The translations under genes and the position numbers were made by a program. This document shows positions 35,178-43,498 of a DNA stretch of 64,000 nt, piece by piece (position 1 is the stretch's first letter; each line of letters starts with the position of its first letter). Origin of the DNA: a virus (lineage: Duplodnaviria; Caudoviricetes); IMG/VR virus record IMGVR_UViG_3300044710_000053, positions 1,769 to 65,768 of that record; one strand, given 5' to 3'. The notes under the pieces are model-generated. The model had not been told where the DNA came from and searched no databases. It saw only the letters and a list, made by a program, of their open reading frames with translations.

Positions 35178-36416
35178 TCACTTCGCTCCTGCTGTGGCTT
35201 TCTTGGCAGGCTTGAATCGCTCCACCGATGCCTTGTAGCCGTCGTTGCTGGTCTTTTGCAGCGCGTCGCGCTCGGCTTCCGGTAGCTTGGCGATTTTCAG
35301 TTCGACCGTGTTGGCCCAGTTCGTTGCATCGGTCATGTTCTCGGCTGCGCCATAGCCTTCGAGGATGAGACTGCGCGTCAGGGTCGGCGGTTGCTCGTCG
35401 TGCCCCACGGCTGGGTCGATCGGCTGCTCTTGGCTCACGTCGGCCGGCGCCGGCGGGTCGATGCCTTCGGTTTCAGGAGGTGGCGATTCGTCTACCGCCT
35501 CGTGGTGGCGGTTGCCGTTGGGTGCCGGCGCGATGTTATCGGGGAGAGAGCGGCGGGTTAGCTTATGGCCGTTCTGTTTTTCGACCGGCACTCCCTCAAA
35601 TTCCTCTTCGTCGATTTGCACGGCGCGATTGTAGGCCGGGTCGTCCACCTTACCCTTGAGCCCGCGCTTGAGCACGGTCTTTTGCCCCATTTCGTCGAAA
35701 TAGTTTTTCCACGCCGGAGAGTCTGCGCTTGGGGATCGTGAGCGGATTTCATCGACTTCGCGGCGCGTCATCGTCTCAAAATCCCAGTCGCCTTCCGGGA
35801 GCACGATCACGACGTAATAGCCGTTCGTTGCTCCGCGATTGGACCCCAGCCGTGGCGGCTTGTGGACCAAATGATTTGTCGGACCATCGCGCCATGCCTC
35901 GAATTCATCAGCCTCGCAAACCGTGTCGGGAGTGATTCGCTTCACTCGGCCGGAGCGTAGGGCCAGCGCAGCGAGCCCTTTCCAGTCGATCAATAGTTGA
36001 GCCTGCTTCTCATACTTCGGACTCGATTTGGTTCCGATGTTGCAATTGAATGGGGCCGCGTGCGCCAACTTGCCGTCGATCATCAATCCGACTTCCGCCG
36101 CGCGGAGGATGCACCGCAGCACGCTTGCGCCGGTGCATTCCTGCATTTCCGATTTTTCGGAGAACGTAACTAGCGCCCGCTGAATCAGCCTCTCGGCTTG
36201 GCCCTTCATGGCCGGCGGGAGCACCGTTTCGAGGTTGCCGATTTGCGCCAAGAGCGAGACGCGCAAGGCCTTGGCAATCATCTGCCGTGGCGCTGGTTTC
36301 TCTTTGCCATCGGCCTCTTGCACCATGTTGTGCAACAAAATCGCGTTCGCCTCTTGAGGCGTCATTTCGTGCGGCTGCGTTGCGGCCTGGGGCCGCTGTT
36401 GGGTGGCGGTTGCCAT
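35178..36416 (-). CDS. recT: RecT-family single-strand annealing protein
   Basis: CTGASVLRC...GL, AQLLIDWKGL..LALRSG, PAWKNYFDEMGQKTVLKR; adjacent to a RecE-like gene. Confidence 0.9.
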   Translation of the reverse strand: MATATQQRPQAATQPHEMTPQEANAILLHNMVQEADGKEKPAPRQMIAKALRVSLLAQIGNLETVLPPAMKGQAERLIQRALVTFSEKSEMQECTGASVLRCILRAAEVGLMIDGKLAHAAPFNCNIGTKSSPKYEKQAQLLIDWKGLAALALRSGRVKRITPDTVCEADEFEAWRDGPTNHLVHKPPRLGSNRGATNGYYVVIVLPEGDWDFETMTRREVDEIRSRSPSADSPAWKNYFDEMGQKTVLKRGLKGKVDDPAYNRAVQIDEEEFEGVPVEKQNGHKLTRRSLPDNIAPAPNGNRHHEAVDESPPPETEGIDPPAPADVSQEQPIDPAVGHDEQPPTLTRSLILEGYGAAENMTDATNWANTVELKIAKLPEAERDALQKTSNDGYKASVERFKPAKKATAGAK

Positions 36417-37288
36417 TATTCGATACCTCGTGTTTCATCTTCGTATTGAGCCCACCGTGGCAAGCTCAGGGGAATGACGCCAAAGCCCCAGTCCGGCCGC
36501 CAGTCGTCGCGCTCGGCGCACTTCGCCAATTGCGTTAGGTCGTTGGAATTCTGCACGATGCCCAGCGCCATCGCGTCGTCGTCGAGTTCGTAGACCGCTA
36601 CCGAATGCGGCGGCTCGTTTTCGACGGCGATGAAGTAGAACGGCGCGGCAGGCTCGCCAATCGCGCGGCTGCCGGTGTCATAGTAGGCTGCTTGGCGGGC
36701 ATATCCGAGACTCGCCGCGGCCCGCGCGAATCCGGCGGGTGAAGCATCGCGGCATGTTTTCAAATCGGCGCGGAACGTCGAGCGCGACAGGTCGCGGAGC
36801 GCTTTGCATGGCACGCCGCATTGCTCCCAAATGATTGCCGATTCGCGCCGCTCGGCCGACGCGAGCAAGCGGCTTGCCTCATCGTGGCGGCTGATAGAGT
36901 CGGCCATCGCGGTTATCATGGCCAACTCTTCCGTCTCGATAATCTGCTTGCCTTCATCATGGGCCGCGAAATAGAGCGAATCGCGCTCATCGCGGTGTGT
37001 CGAGCTTTTCCAATTCCAGGGCTTGCCGCTGCTGTGTGTAGCGGGTAATTGGATCATCGTCCTGTCGAATCGCGCCGGCTCAAGCACTAGCAAATGTAAG
37101 AGCGTGCCGAGCTTCATTTGCAGCGAGGGCTCCGGCGCGGGAATCGTCCGCGCGATGAATCGGCCGTAATACTCGGCCGGATTGCGGCGGAACACTTCTA
37201 GCATTGAATGCCCGACGCGCTCGTTTTCGGCGTGGTACTGCTCAGTCGTACATGGCCAGAGCCCGGCGGTCTGCTCAATCGTCGTCAT
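36416..37288 (-). CDS. Exonuclease VIII/RecE C-terminal-like PD-(D/E)xK nuclease (DUF3799-like)
   Basis: YHA...HS.L, GTLLH..VLEP, CKALRD, DLKT, YARQAAYY, FYFIAVENEPPH. Confidence 0.88.
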   Translation of the reverse strand: MTTIEQTAGLWPCTTEQYHAENERVGHSMLEVFRRNPAEYYGRFIARTIPAPEPSLQMKLGTLLHLLVLEPARFDRTMIQLPATHSSGKPWNWKSSTHRDERDSLYFAAHDEGKQIIETEELAMITAMADSISRHDEASRLLASAERRESAIIWEQCGVPCKALRDLSRSTFRADLKTCRDASPAGFARAAASLGYARQAAYYDTGSRAIGEPAAPFYFIAVENEPPHSVAVYELDDDAMALGIVQNSNDLTQLAKCAERDDWRPDWGFGVIPLSLPRWAQYEDETRGIE

Positions 37289-37290
37289 AT

Positions 37291-37578
37291 TTAGTTCACC
37301 TTGTCGTATACTTCGTTCTCGATCGTCTCGATCCAACAGCCGAGCTTGTCGAGTTCTTCCGCAGTCGGCCGGCGCACCACAATCGCGTCGGCCGAACAAT
37401 CGCGCACTTGCTCGATTTCGATTCGCTCGAAGTCCACGCCGCCCGCCCCCGGGTCGGTATCGATGCAGCAGTCAATCGCCAAGTCAATTTCCGTGTGGCG
37501 CTCAAAGTCGTCGCCTTCACGGATTGGCCGACCGTCGGCGATGTACAGCGTGGCGTGGGCTAGTTCGTGGCGGATCAT
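37291..37578 (-). CDS. Acidic hypothetical protein
   Basis: ATGA overlap with the csrA stop. Confidence 0.55.
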   Translation of the reverse strand: MIRHELAHATLYIADGRPIREGDDFERHTEIDLAIDCCIDTDPGAGGVDFERIEIEQVRDCSADAIVVRRPTAEELDKLGCWIETIENEVYDKVN

Positions 37579-37778
37579 GCGGCACCTTTCGCCTTCGCCA
37601 GCGACAAGACTTCGCCGGCCGCTTTCATGGAGTCGTAAATTTCACGCCTGTTGATCGCCACGTGCGGCGGCGCTTGCACGCCGATCTTGACCGTGTTCGC
37701 GTCGATGCGCACGACCACGATTTCAATATCGTTGCCCACCATGATCGAGTCGCCCTCCTCACGTCGTAGGATTAACAC
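37575..37778 (-). CDS. csrA: CsrA/RsmA family RNA-binding translational regulator
   Basis: AAGGAG SD, GTG 37778: MLILRREEGDSIMVGNDIEIVVV...VKIGVQAP..VAINRREIY. Confidence 0.93.
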   Translation of the reverse strand: MLILRREEGDSIMVGNDIEIVVVRIDANTVKIGVQAPPHVAINRREIYDSMKAAGEVLSLAKAKGAA

Positions 37779-37809
37779 GGTCGCACTCCTTTGCTCGCCC
37801 CGTTCGGTT

Positions 37810-38025
37810 TCAGCCCCTGCCGCCCCAGCCAATATCTTTGCTACAAGCCGTGTGCAGTTCGTCGCCTCCCGGCTTGGCGCGAAGTTCCTTCATCCGCTGC
37901 GCCCAGTAATTGCCCGTCGCGCCTTGAAACCATTTGTCTCCCATCGGGGCATTGCGCCAATGCTCGAATAGAGCGTGGTAGCTCATGCCGTCGATTCGGG
38001 CCTTGTTTTCCGGTGTCAGGTCCAT
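37810..38025 (-). CDS. Phage hypothetical protein
   Basis: IDGMSY..L...WRNAP.GD.WFQG...SKDIGW pattern; AGGAG SD. Confidence 0.7.
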   Translation of the reverse strand: MDLTPENKARIDGMSYHALFEHWRNAPMGDKWFQGATGNYWAQRMKELRAKPGGDELHTACSKDIGWGGRG

Positions 38026-38480
38026 GATCCGCTCCTAGGTACATCGACCAATTTCTCTGCCAGCGCCGGCATGTCGAGCAGCCCGGCATCGGCCTTGGCT
38101 GCGTCGAGGCGCGCCTTGGGTTCGGTCGGCTCCGGCCCGAACAACCGCGTCCAGCAGGTGTGGCAGATTATACCGCCGCCGTCGGGATGGGCGGGCGTCG
38201 TGAAGTGCTCGTTTTCCGCACCGCATCGCCAGCACTCTAGTTCGGCCTTGGGTCCGCGCACAGCCGCCGCGCCAGCCAACAGCGCCTTGGCCAACCGCTC
38301 CGCCTCTTCGGCGCTCAAGTATGCCGCCAGCGTGGTTTGAAGAGTCGTGGCCGGCGAGCGGCTCTCGATATGCAGGTTGACCGTCGCACCGCTGGCGGAT
38401 TGTTCGTCGGCATCGTGGTAGACGCCGATTTTCAAGCAGCGATTGCGGTCGGTGAAGGTGTCGAGGCACTTCATGCTCAT
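38016..38480 (-). CDS. Hypothetical protein with zinc-binding motif
   Basis: AAGGA SD; CWRC...CHTC. Confidence 0.6.
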   Translation of the reverse strand: MSMKCLDTFTDRNRCLKIGVYHDADEQSASGATVNLHIESRSPATTLQTTLAAYLSAEEAERLAKALLAGAAAVRGPKAELECWRCGAENEHFTTPAHPDGGGIICHTCWTRLFGPEPTEPKARLDAAKADAGLLDMPALAEKLVDVPRSGSWT

Positions 38481-38626
38481 CGTAGTCCTTTCGCTCGGAT
38501 CATTGGCCTGCCGTCCACCGGCACGGGTTTGAGCTTACCGCGCCGGATTCGATTGTTGACGGCTTGCCGGGAAATGCCTAAGCGCCGGGCCGCTTCCGAT
38601 TGCGTAATAAATGGGTTGGAGTTCAT
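38477..38626 (-). CDS. 49-aa Xis/HTH_17-like DNA-binding protein (not in ORF track)
   Basis: MNSNPFITQSEAARRLGISRQAVNNRIRRGKLKPVPVDGRPMIRAKGLR. Confidence 0.8.
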   Translation of the reverse strand: MNSNPFITQSEAARRLGISRQAVNNRIRRGKLKPVPVDGRPMIRAKGLR

Positions 38627-38634
38627 GGTTGCCG

Positions 38635-38663
38635 ATTGTAAACTGCTTGTTTACGGCTGTCAA
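38635..38663 (-). promoter_or_regulatory. Near-consensus sigma70 promoter with overlapping palindromic operator
   Basis: TTGACA-17-TACAAT; GTAAAC-N5-GTTTAC at 38638-38654; ATG only 8 nt downstream of the -10. Confidence 0.85.
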
Positions 38664-38890
38664 GCCGGCTTCTCAGATTTTTCGCCGCTGCCGCCGGCCT
38701 CGATCTTGGCGAGCAGTGAAGTCAGCGTACCCCACGCGACTTTCCGCGCCGTGTAAATTCTGCCGAGTCCCGGCACGAACTCCGACGTATCGTTCCCCAG
38801 AGACCAATAGCGCCCGGAGCCGGTAATCCGTGGCGCAGCGAATCGCTTACGCGCCGCCTCAAGCACCTGGCTCTTTGTTGCTCGTGGCAT
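38660..38890 (-). CDS. Hypothetical early protein
   Basis: AAGGA SD, MPRATKSQ... Confidence 0.6.
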   Translation of the reverse strand: MPRATKSQVLEAARKRFAAPRITGSGRYWSLGNDTSEFVPGLGRIYTARKVAWGTLTSLLAKIEAGGSGEKSEKPA

Positions 38891-38892
38891 GG

Positions 38893-39108
38893 TTAGGTTC
38901 CTTTCGCCGCTGCGGCTTCGCGCTTTTGCGACAGTGCCCAGCACTCGGGGCAAATCCAACGGTTGCCGCTCAGCCGGACCCAGCCGTCAGCAACGGCCGC
39001 TAGTTCGGCTTGCTCGCTGGTGTCCCAAACGTCGCGCGAATCGCTCCCGTCATCGCAATCCGGCGCATCGCATGAACGGACGTACTCGACTCGAACTCTG
39101 ATTCCCAT
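38893..39108 (-). CDS. Small zinc-binding protein
   Basis: SCDAPDC...DGW...WICPEC. Confidence 0.65.
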   Translation of the reverse strand: MGIRVRVEYVRSCDAPDCDDGSDSRDVWDTSEQAELAAVADGWVRLSGNRWICPECWALSQKREAAAAKGT

Positions 39109-39114
39109 TTCAGG

Positions 39115-39342
39115 TCACTCCTTGTGCTGGTGGATCGACGCGACGGCATTGGCGCCGTCGTCGTTGGCGCTGCTAGCATCGTCGGCCCATACCAGCGTGC
39201 GGTCGCCGCCGTCGCTCAGATCGCCGTCGTGACCCATCGCCATCTCCGGGTACTGCTGGATCAGGATAGCCTCTGCCTCGCTGACAGAGGCGCAATCCAC
39301 ATCTGCCCGGCCGTCTGTGTAGTTGATGTAGTAGCTGCTCAT
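39115..39342 (-). CDS. Acidic hypothetical early protein
   Basis: AGGAG SD; RTLVWADDASSANDDGANAVASI. Confidence 0.65.
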   Translation of the reverse strand: MSSYYINYTDGRADVDCASVSEAEAILIQQYPEMAMGHDGDLSDGGDRTLVWADDASSANDDGANAVASIHQHKE

Positions 39343-39423
39343 GGTCGTGTCTCCTGTGTACAGTGGTCGGGGAGTAGCGGCCCCGGCCGGCCGCGGGCAC
39401 CGGCCGGGGCAAGGAAAGTCAGA

Positions 39424-39633
39424 TTAGCGGGCCGGTCCGCAGCGCTCAATCGTCTTGCCCGTCGCGGCCAGTCGGATCGTCACATCCTGATAGGTCAGGT
39501 CGCGTCGGCTCTCATACCGGGCGGCGATTTCGCGGGCCTCGGCCATCGTATCGCATTGCCCCACGATGCTCGGCGCAACACCGGCAGTCCTGGGAGCCCA
39601 TACGCACAGCTTGCTTTTGGTCGTGGTCGTCAT
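39424..39633 (-). CDS. Hypothetical early protein
   Basis: MTTTTKSK... with upstream purine-rich SD-like tract. Confidence 0.6.
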   Translation of the reverse strand: MTTTTKSKLCVWAPRTAGVAPSIVGQCDTMAEAREIAARYESRRDLTYQDVTIRLAATGKTIERCGPAR

Positions 39634-39697
39634 GGTCTCATTTCCTTTTTTCGCGTTGGCTGGTCCCAGGTTCCGCTGGGGCGGGCGGTGGTCCGCG

Positions 39698-40105
39698 TTA
39701 GGTTCTCATCGCTGCTATCTGCTGGTCGGTCAGGCCGTAGGTTGCCCTCAGCGCCGCCACTTCGGCCGCGCTCAGGCCCTTGTTCGGTGTGTTGCCAAAA
39801 TCCGGCGGGAAACGTCGAAACGTAAACTGCGGAATCGTCTCGGCCAGGTTGATCCACACTTCCTTGCGCCGCCCCAGCTTGCGATGCACGTCGCACAGCG
39901 GGCCAGTGACCCAGCACCAGCCGCCGAACGGCAAGCCCAGCGGCGGTGGCTCGGTCAGCTCCAGGCCGACGATCACCATACCCTTGAGCCAGATTGCCGA
40001 GTACGTGGCGCGGCAGTCGGGCCACTTCGCGTACTTGAGCCGGCCCGCAGCACAAGGTTTCCAATCAGGTCTTACTAGCGGCAGTTCCACGGCTCGCCTC
40101 CTCAT
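39698..40105 (-). CDS. Hypothetical protein (start uncertain)
   Basis: More protein-like of two overlapping frames. Confidence 0.4.
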   Translation of the reverse strand: MRRRAVELPLVRPDWKPCAAGRLKYAKWPDCRATYSAIWLKGMVIVGLELTEPPPLGLPFGGWCWVTGPLCDVHRKLGRRKEVWINLAETIPQFTFRRFPPDFGNTPNKGLSAAEVAALRATYGLTDQQIAAMRT

Positions 40106-40421
40106 CCGCTTGGGTAATCGCTGCCAAGTATTCAGCCTGCGCCACGCCTCGCGCGGTTTCGGCCGCTGTCAGTTCCTCTAAGGTCGCTTCTCGTTCGCGG
40201 AACCGGCCACGGACCAAGCCGCAAGCGCGCTTGGCGGCGCGGGCCTTGTTGCGGGCCGGATGCACGACAGCGAACCAGCGGGCCAGCTTGCCGTCGAGCG
40301 CGTCGGCCTCAGACTCACTGAGGCAGCGGCCGGCGCGGTGGCCAAATAGCGGCAGGCCGCACTCGCGACAAACTCCTGACGAGTCTTGCGGGGTCCACTG
40401 GCCGAATGAGCGGGGGGACAT
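40065..40421 (-). CDS. Hypothetical protein
   Basis: GGAG SD, MSPRSFG...CRECG...H...C then an Ala-rich helix. Confidence 0.55.
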   Translation of the reverse strand: MSPRSFGQWTPQDSSGVCRECGLPLFGHRAGRCLSESEADALDGKLARWFAVVHPARNKARAAKRACGLVRGRFREREATLEELTAAETARGVAQAEYLAAITQADEEASRGTAASKT

Positions 40422-40425
40422 AGGG

Positions 40426-40647
40426 TTACTCCGTAGGGATTGGGTCGCCGTAGCGCCAAAGGCGGCGCGGCTTAGCGGCCAGTTCTTCGAGTTGCTCAAC
40501 GCGCTGTGGCGAGAGTCGCACCAAGCGGCACATCTTCTGGCGGTCGATTTCGCTCAAGCGAAATCTCCAAGCGCGGCCAATCCAAAGGGCGATATTCCAG
40601 GTTTCATAGTTGGTCCAGCCGTTGTACTTCTTGTCGTCGGAACCCAT
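40426..40647 (-). CDS. Protein starting with YNGWTNYETWN motif, possibly truncated or chimeric
   Basis: GAGGAG SD; motif common in phage early proteins, then an abrupt change after ALWIG. Confidence 0.55.
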   Translation of the reverse strand: MGSDDKKYNGWTNYETWNIALWIGRAWRFRLSEIDRQKMCRLVRLSPQRVEQLEELAAKPRRLWRYGDPIPTE

Positions 40648-40714
40648 CTCAGAACTCCTCGCGGCAATGCCGCAATTGAAGGAAGCCGGCTAAACCGGCA
40701 GTAAGGTAATAGGC

Positions 40715-40743
40715 ACCATAACGCGCCGGGTGGGGCGCGTCAA
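40715..40743 (-). promoter_or_regulatory. Sigma70-type promoter with palindromic spacer
   Basis: TTGACG-17-TATGGT; ACGCGCC/GGCGCGT inverted repeat. Confidence 0.6.
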
Positions 40744-40749
40744 CGAAAA

Positions 40750-40920
40750 TCAGGCAGACGCTTCGACGAGGACCGCGATGTATCGACGCCCCATCGTGAT
40801 ATGGTAACTCCGGTGTTGGTACGCCGCCTTAGCCCGTCGGAGCGACCCCTTCACTTCCGCTCGCCAACTCTTGCGGATTCGGCGGAACATGGCGATTAGC
40901 TTGCGCGTCTCCGGCTTCAT
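40750..40920 (-). CDS. 56-aa basic protein (not in ORF track)
   Basis: AGGTG SD; MKPETRKLIAMFRRIRKSW... Confidence 0.5.
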   Translation of the reverse strand: MKPETRKLIAMFRRIRKSWRAEVKGSLRRAKAAYQHRSYHITMGRRYIAVLVEASA

Positions 40921-40994
40921 AGTTCACCTATTAGACAGGGTTATCGAACTGGCCCCAGCGGTGCGCCGTCGCTCAAACGGCGCACGGGCTGGAA

Positions 40995-41516
40995 TCAGGC
41001 CGCAGTTAGGTCGGTTTTCCACAGCTCCGGCCGCGCCGGATTACGGCCCGCATAGTCGTGCGCATCGTTGTCGCCAAGCCCCGCAGTCCTCGCCTCTTGG
41101 TAGCGAATCTGCCAGCGAGCCCAGCTAGCGTGTTCCCGCTCCGCTGGCGCACCGATGTCGATCGGGAAGTCTGCCGGCACCTTCTCGCAATCGTCCGCAG
41201 CCCAGCCGCATTGCAGCACATGCGCCGCAGCCCGCTGGATGATAACTTTGCGGTCCCACGCATCCGGCCCACAACTCCGGCCGTAGAGCGAGCCCACCCG
41301 CATCACACCCGTATCCCCTTCCCGCAACATCGCATCGCAGTAGCCGCTCCGTGGGTCGAAGTAGACGATCTTGGCCCATCCCCGCCAGCAGATGACGTAG
41401 GGTTGGCAATCGCCCGTCATGCCGGCCTTGATCTTCGCCCCAGCATCTTTCTTGGCCTCAGTGACGTTGCGCCCTTGGCCCTCAACGCCATAATAGTCGA
41501 TCTTCACGATACTCAT
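40995..41516 (-). CDS. Hypothetical early protein
   Basis: GGAG SD; 173 aa; WARWQIRYQEAR..GL. Confidence 0.7.
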   Translation of the reverse strand: MSIVKIDYYGVEGQGRNVTEAKKDAGAKIKAGMTGDCQPYVICWRGWAKIVYFDPRSGYCDAMLREGDTGVMRVGSLYGRSCGPDAWDRKVIIQRAAAHVLQCGWAADDCEKVPADFPIDIGAPAEREHASWARWQIRYQEARTAGLGDNDAHDYAGRNPARPELWKTDLTAA

Positions 41517-41596
41517 TCGGTTGCTCCCTCTGGCAGTGCCAGGTTACAGGGTTGTGGCCCGACGGGCGAAGTTACCCGCCGGGCAATCGCATGGAC

Positions 41597-41806
41597 TCAT
41601 CGAAGGACCGGGCAATGCTCGCCCTGGACCGAAACGTACACGCCAGGATTTAGACGCCTGATCTCGGCGACGACCACTTCGGCCGGCGCATTGGCTGTGA
41701 ACGCCGTGGAAATCGTGTCGCTCCCGAACAGGCACCGCACTTCGGGGTCGCTGTGCTGGCTCAACCAGCAGTCGCCAGGGCGACGGAATAGGATGATCGT
41801 GTGCAT
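41597..41806 (-). CDS. Hypothetical early protein
   Basis: AGGAG SD; DPEVRCLFGSDTISTAF...IRRLNPG pattern. Confidence 0.7.
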   Translation of the reverse strand: MHTIILFRRPGDCWLSQHSDPEVRCLFGSDTISTAFTANAPAEVVVAEIRRLNPGVYVSVQGEHCPVLR

Positions 41807-41849
41807 ATTGTGGTCTCCTGTGTGAGTGTGACAACCCCACCGCACGCAG

Positions 41850-42107
41850 TTAGGCCGTAGCCTTATCCGACAGCGCCGGCAAGCCCTTGCTGTGGTTCAA
41901 CGTCACCTGCACTGAGATCGTGCAAGGCACCGACACGCCGCCCACGTCCACAGTGCCCTGCGCATTCACGAAGTAACCCAGGCTATGCGTACTGAACTCA
42001 CGGGGCTCGGCGGACACGCTGTTGCCCGCTACGGGCACCACGAGGGGCTTGGCAGCAGCAGCGAACGCGGAACGGGACACGGGGCAGGTCTTAGCGGAAT
42101 TCGACAC
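41850..42107 (-). CDS. Small conserved hypothetical protein, first gene of the leftward arm
   Basis: AAGGA SD, GTG 42107; TCPVSRSAF...AKP...PREFSTHSLGY...SKGLP resembles a small protein I recall from planctomycetes. Confidence 0.65.
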   Translation of the reverse strand: MSNSAKTCPVSRSAFAAAAKPLVVPVAGNSVSAEPREFSTHSLGYFVNAQGTVDVGGVSVPCTISVQVTLNHSKGLPALSDKATA

Positions 42108-42109
42108 GG

Positions 42110-43075
42110 CAGAGTCCTTTGCCCCAGCGGGGCGGTTAAAGGGGCCGCAGTGAGCGGCGAAAGTCGGCGAGCGGAAAAACTCGCCGTTCGTAATTAGCAA
42201 GTTTGGCACGGTTTTTAACGACTTACGTCGATTCTCAAAACGAGAAAACCGACGTAAAGCCTTACTGCCAAACGAAAAGAATTTTTTCGGAATTTTTCCG
42301 TTGCCATGCACCCAAGCAATACAACCAGCAGGACTCCATGCCATGCACCGAAAAATCAGCGAAAATTTGCATCAAAAGAACCGCGATCCGTTAGGGCCGA
42401 CTCGCAAGCAGTGGGCCAGCATGGGTCAGACGCATCAATGGTCGTTGATGTATCAATGGGTGTCAGAAAGCTGACAGTGCTACCCACCCAAAAGGGTGGC
42501 AAGCAGAGACCTAGCATTTGCACTTCACGCCGTAACATGTTGCTTGCTAAGCACTTGCTGCTTGGGACGTGCCGTTGGTTCTTGGCACGTCAAGGTCGGC
42601 TCAGGCCACCCGGCAGGCCCCCCTTTCGCGGCTTGATGTAGTCAACATGCTACTCCCCGACTTTTACCGACCCCTGGATTTAGGCAATTCTGCCTCAACA
42701 GTCTCCCCCTAGCGAATCCCCTTGCGGTCTGGTTCGGCTATTGCCTTACTCGCCGCTGTAGGGGCTTTGGCCGATGGCCCTGATATTTCGCAGGATCAGC
42801 CCAGGACACGCTCGCGGCAGTAGTGTGGAGTGGCCGGCTGCCGGTCGTAGCGTTCGCTGTTTTGATGCCAGACATTTCCCCTCGGGGTCGGTCGCTGGCA
42901 AAGTCGTCCGATTTGCCAGTGGGGGCTATGTGCTGTCGTAGGCCACAGAGAGGAACCGTTTCCCGCCTCACGGGAAGGTTGGGCCTGAGAGTGTCAGGTC
43001 TCAAGCCGTCGATCTCGGGAAGGGCCGGCTCTACAGCCAGAGCCCCCCGAGACCTGACGATTCCATCATACCGCG
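42110..43075. other. Long non-coding control/divergence region; candidate genome end or packaging region
   Basis: No credible ORF; many inverted repeats; lies between the leftward early arm and the rightward structural arm. Confidence 0.6.
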
Positions 43076-43079
43076 ACGG

Positions 43080-43391
43080 TCAATGGTCAATCGCGATGAT
43101 CGTGCCGTCTGGTGCATTGCGGATGGCTTCCATTAGCCGTTCGCGCTGCCCGGCGTCCAGTTTGAGCATAGTCACTGGCGGAAGATCGGTGATAATCACC
43201 CGGTTTCCTACCCGCGTTACAACGCCTTCGCACTCCATCCAGAACTGTGGCTGTGGTCCTGGCTGGTAGACACTTCGGCAGAGCACGCGGCAGTCGATAG
43301 ACTCGACCTTGAGTTCTTCTGTTCCCGGCCCGTGATCGACGCTGGCAACGAGCGGCGCGTCGGCGTGTGCGTTGAAGTAGAAGCGGAGCAT
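43080..43391 (-). CDS. Hypothetical protein
   Basis: MLRFYFNAH...VASVD.G pattern; 103 aa. Confidence 0.6.
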   Translation of the reverse strand: MLRFYFNAHADAPLVASVDHGPGTEELKVESIDCRVLCRSVYQPGPQPQFWMECEGVVTRVGNRVIITDLPPVTMLKLDAGQRERLMEAIRNAPDGTIIAIDH

Positions 43392-43498
43392 CGGCTCATT
43401 TTGCCTCTCTCTGAGGCCATCGGCAAGCCCAATCCTTAGTTCGTTCGTTGCCAGAGAGTAAGTGGGGGATGTTCTACACCCACTGAGGCGCTCTGCAA

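Noticed and set aside
42201-42350. Sigma-54 promoters (TGGCACG / TGGCATG)
   Set aside because: The -12 GC is absent or off by one base
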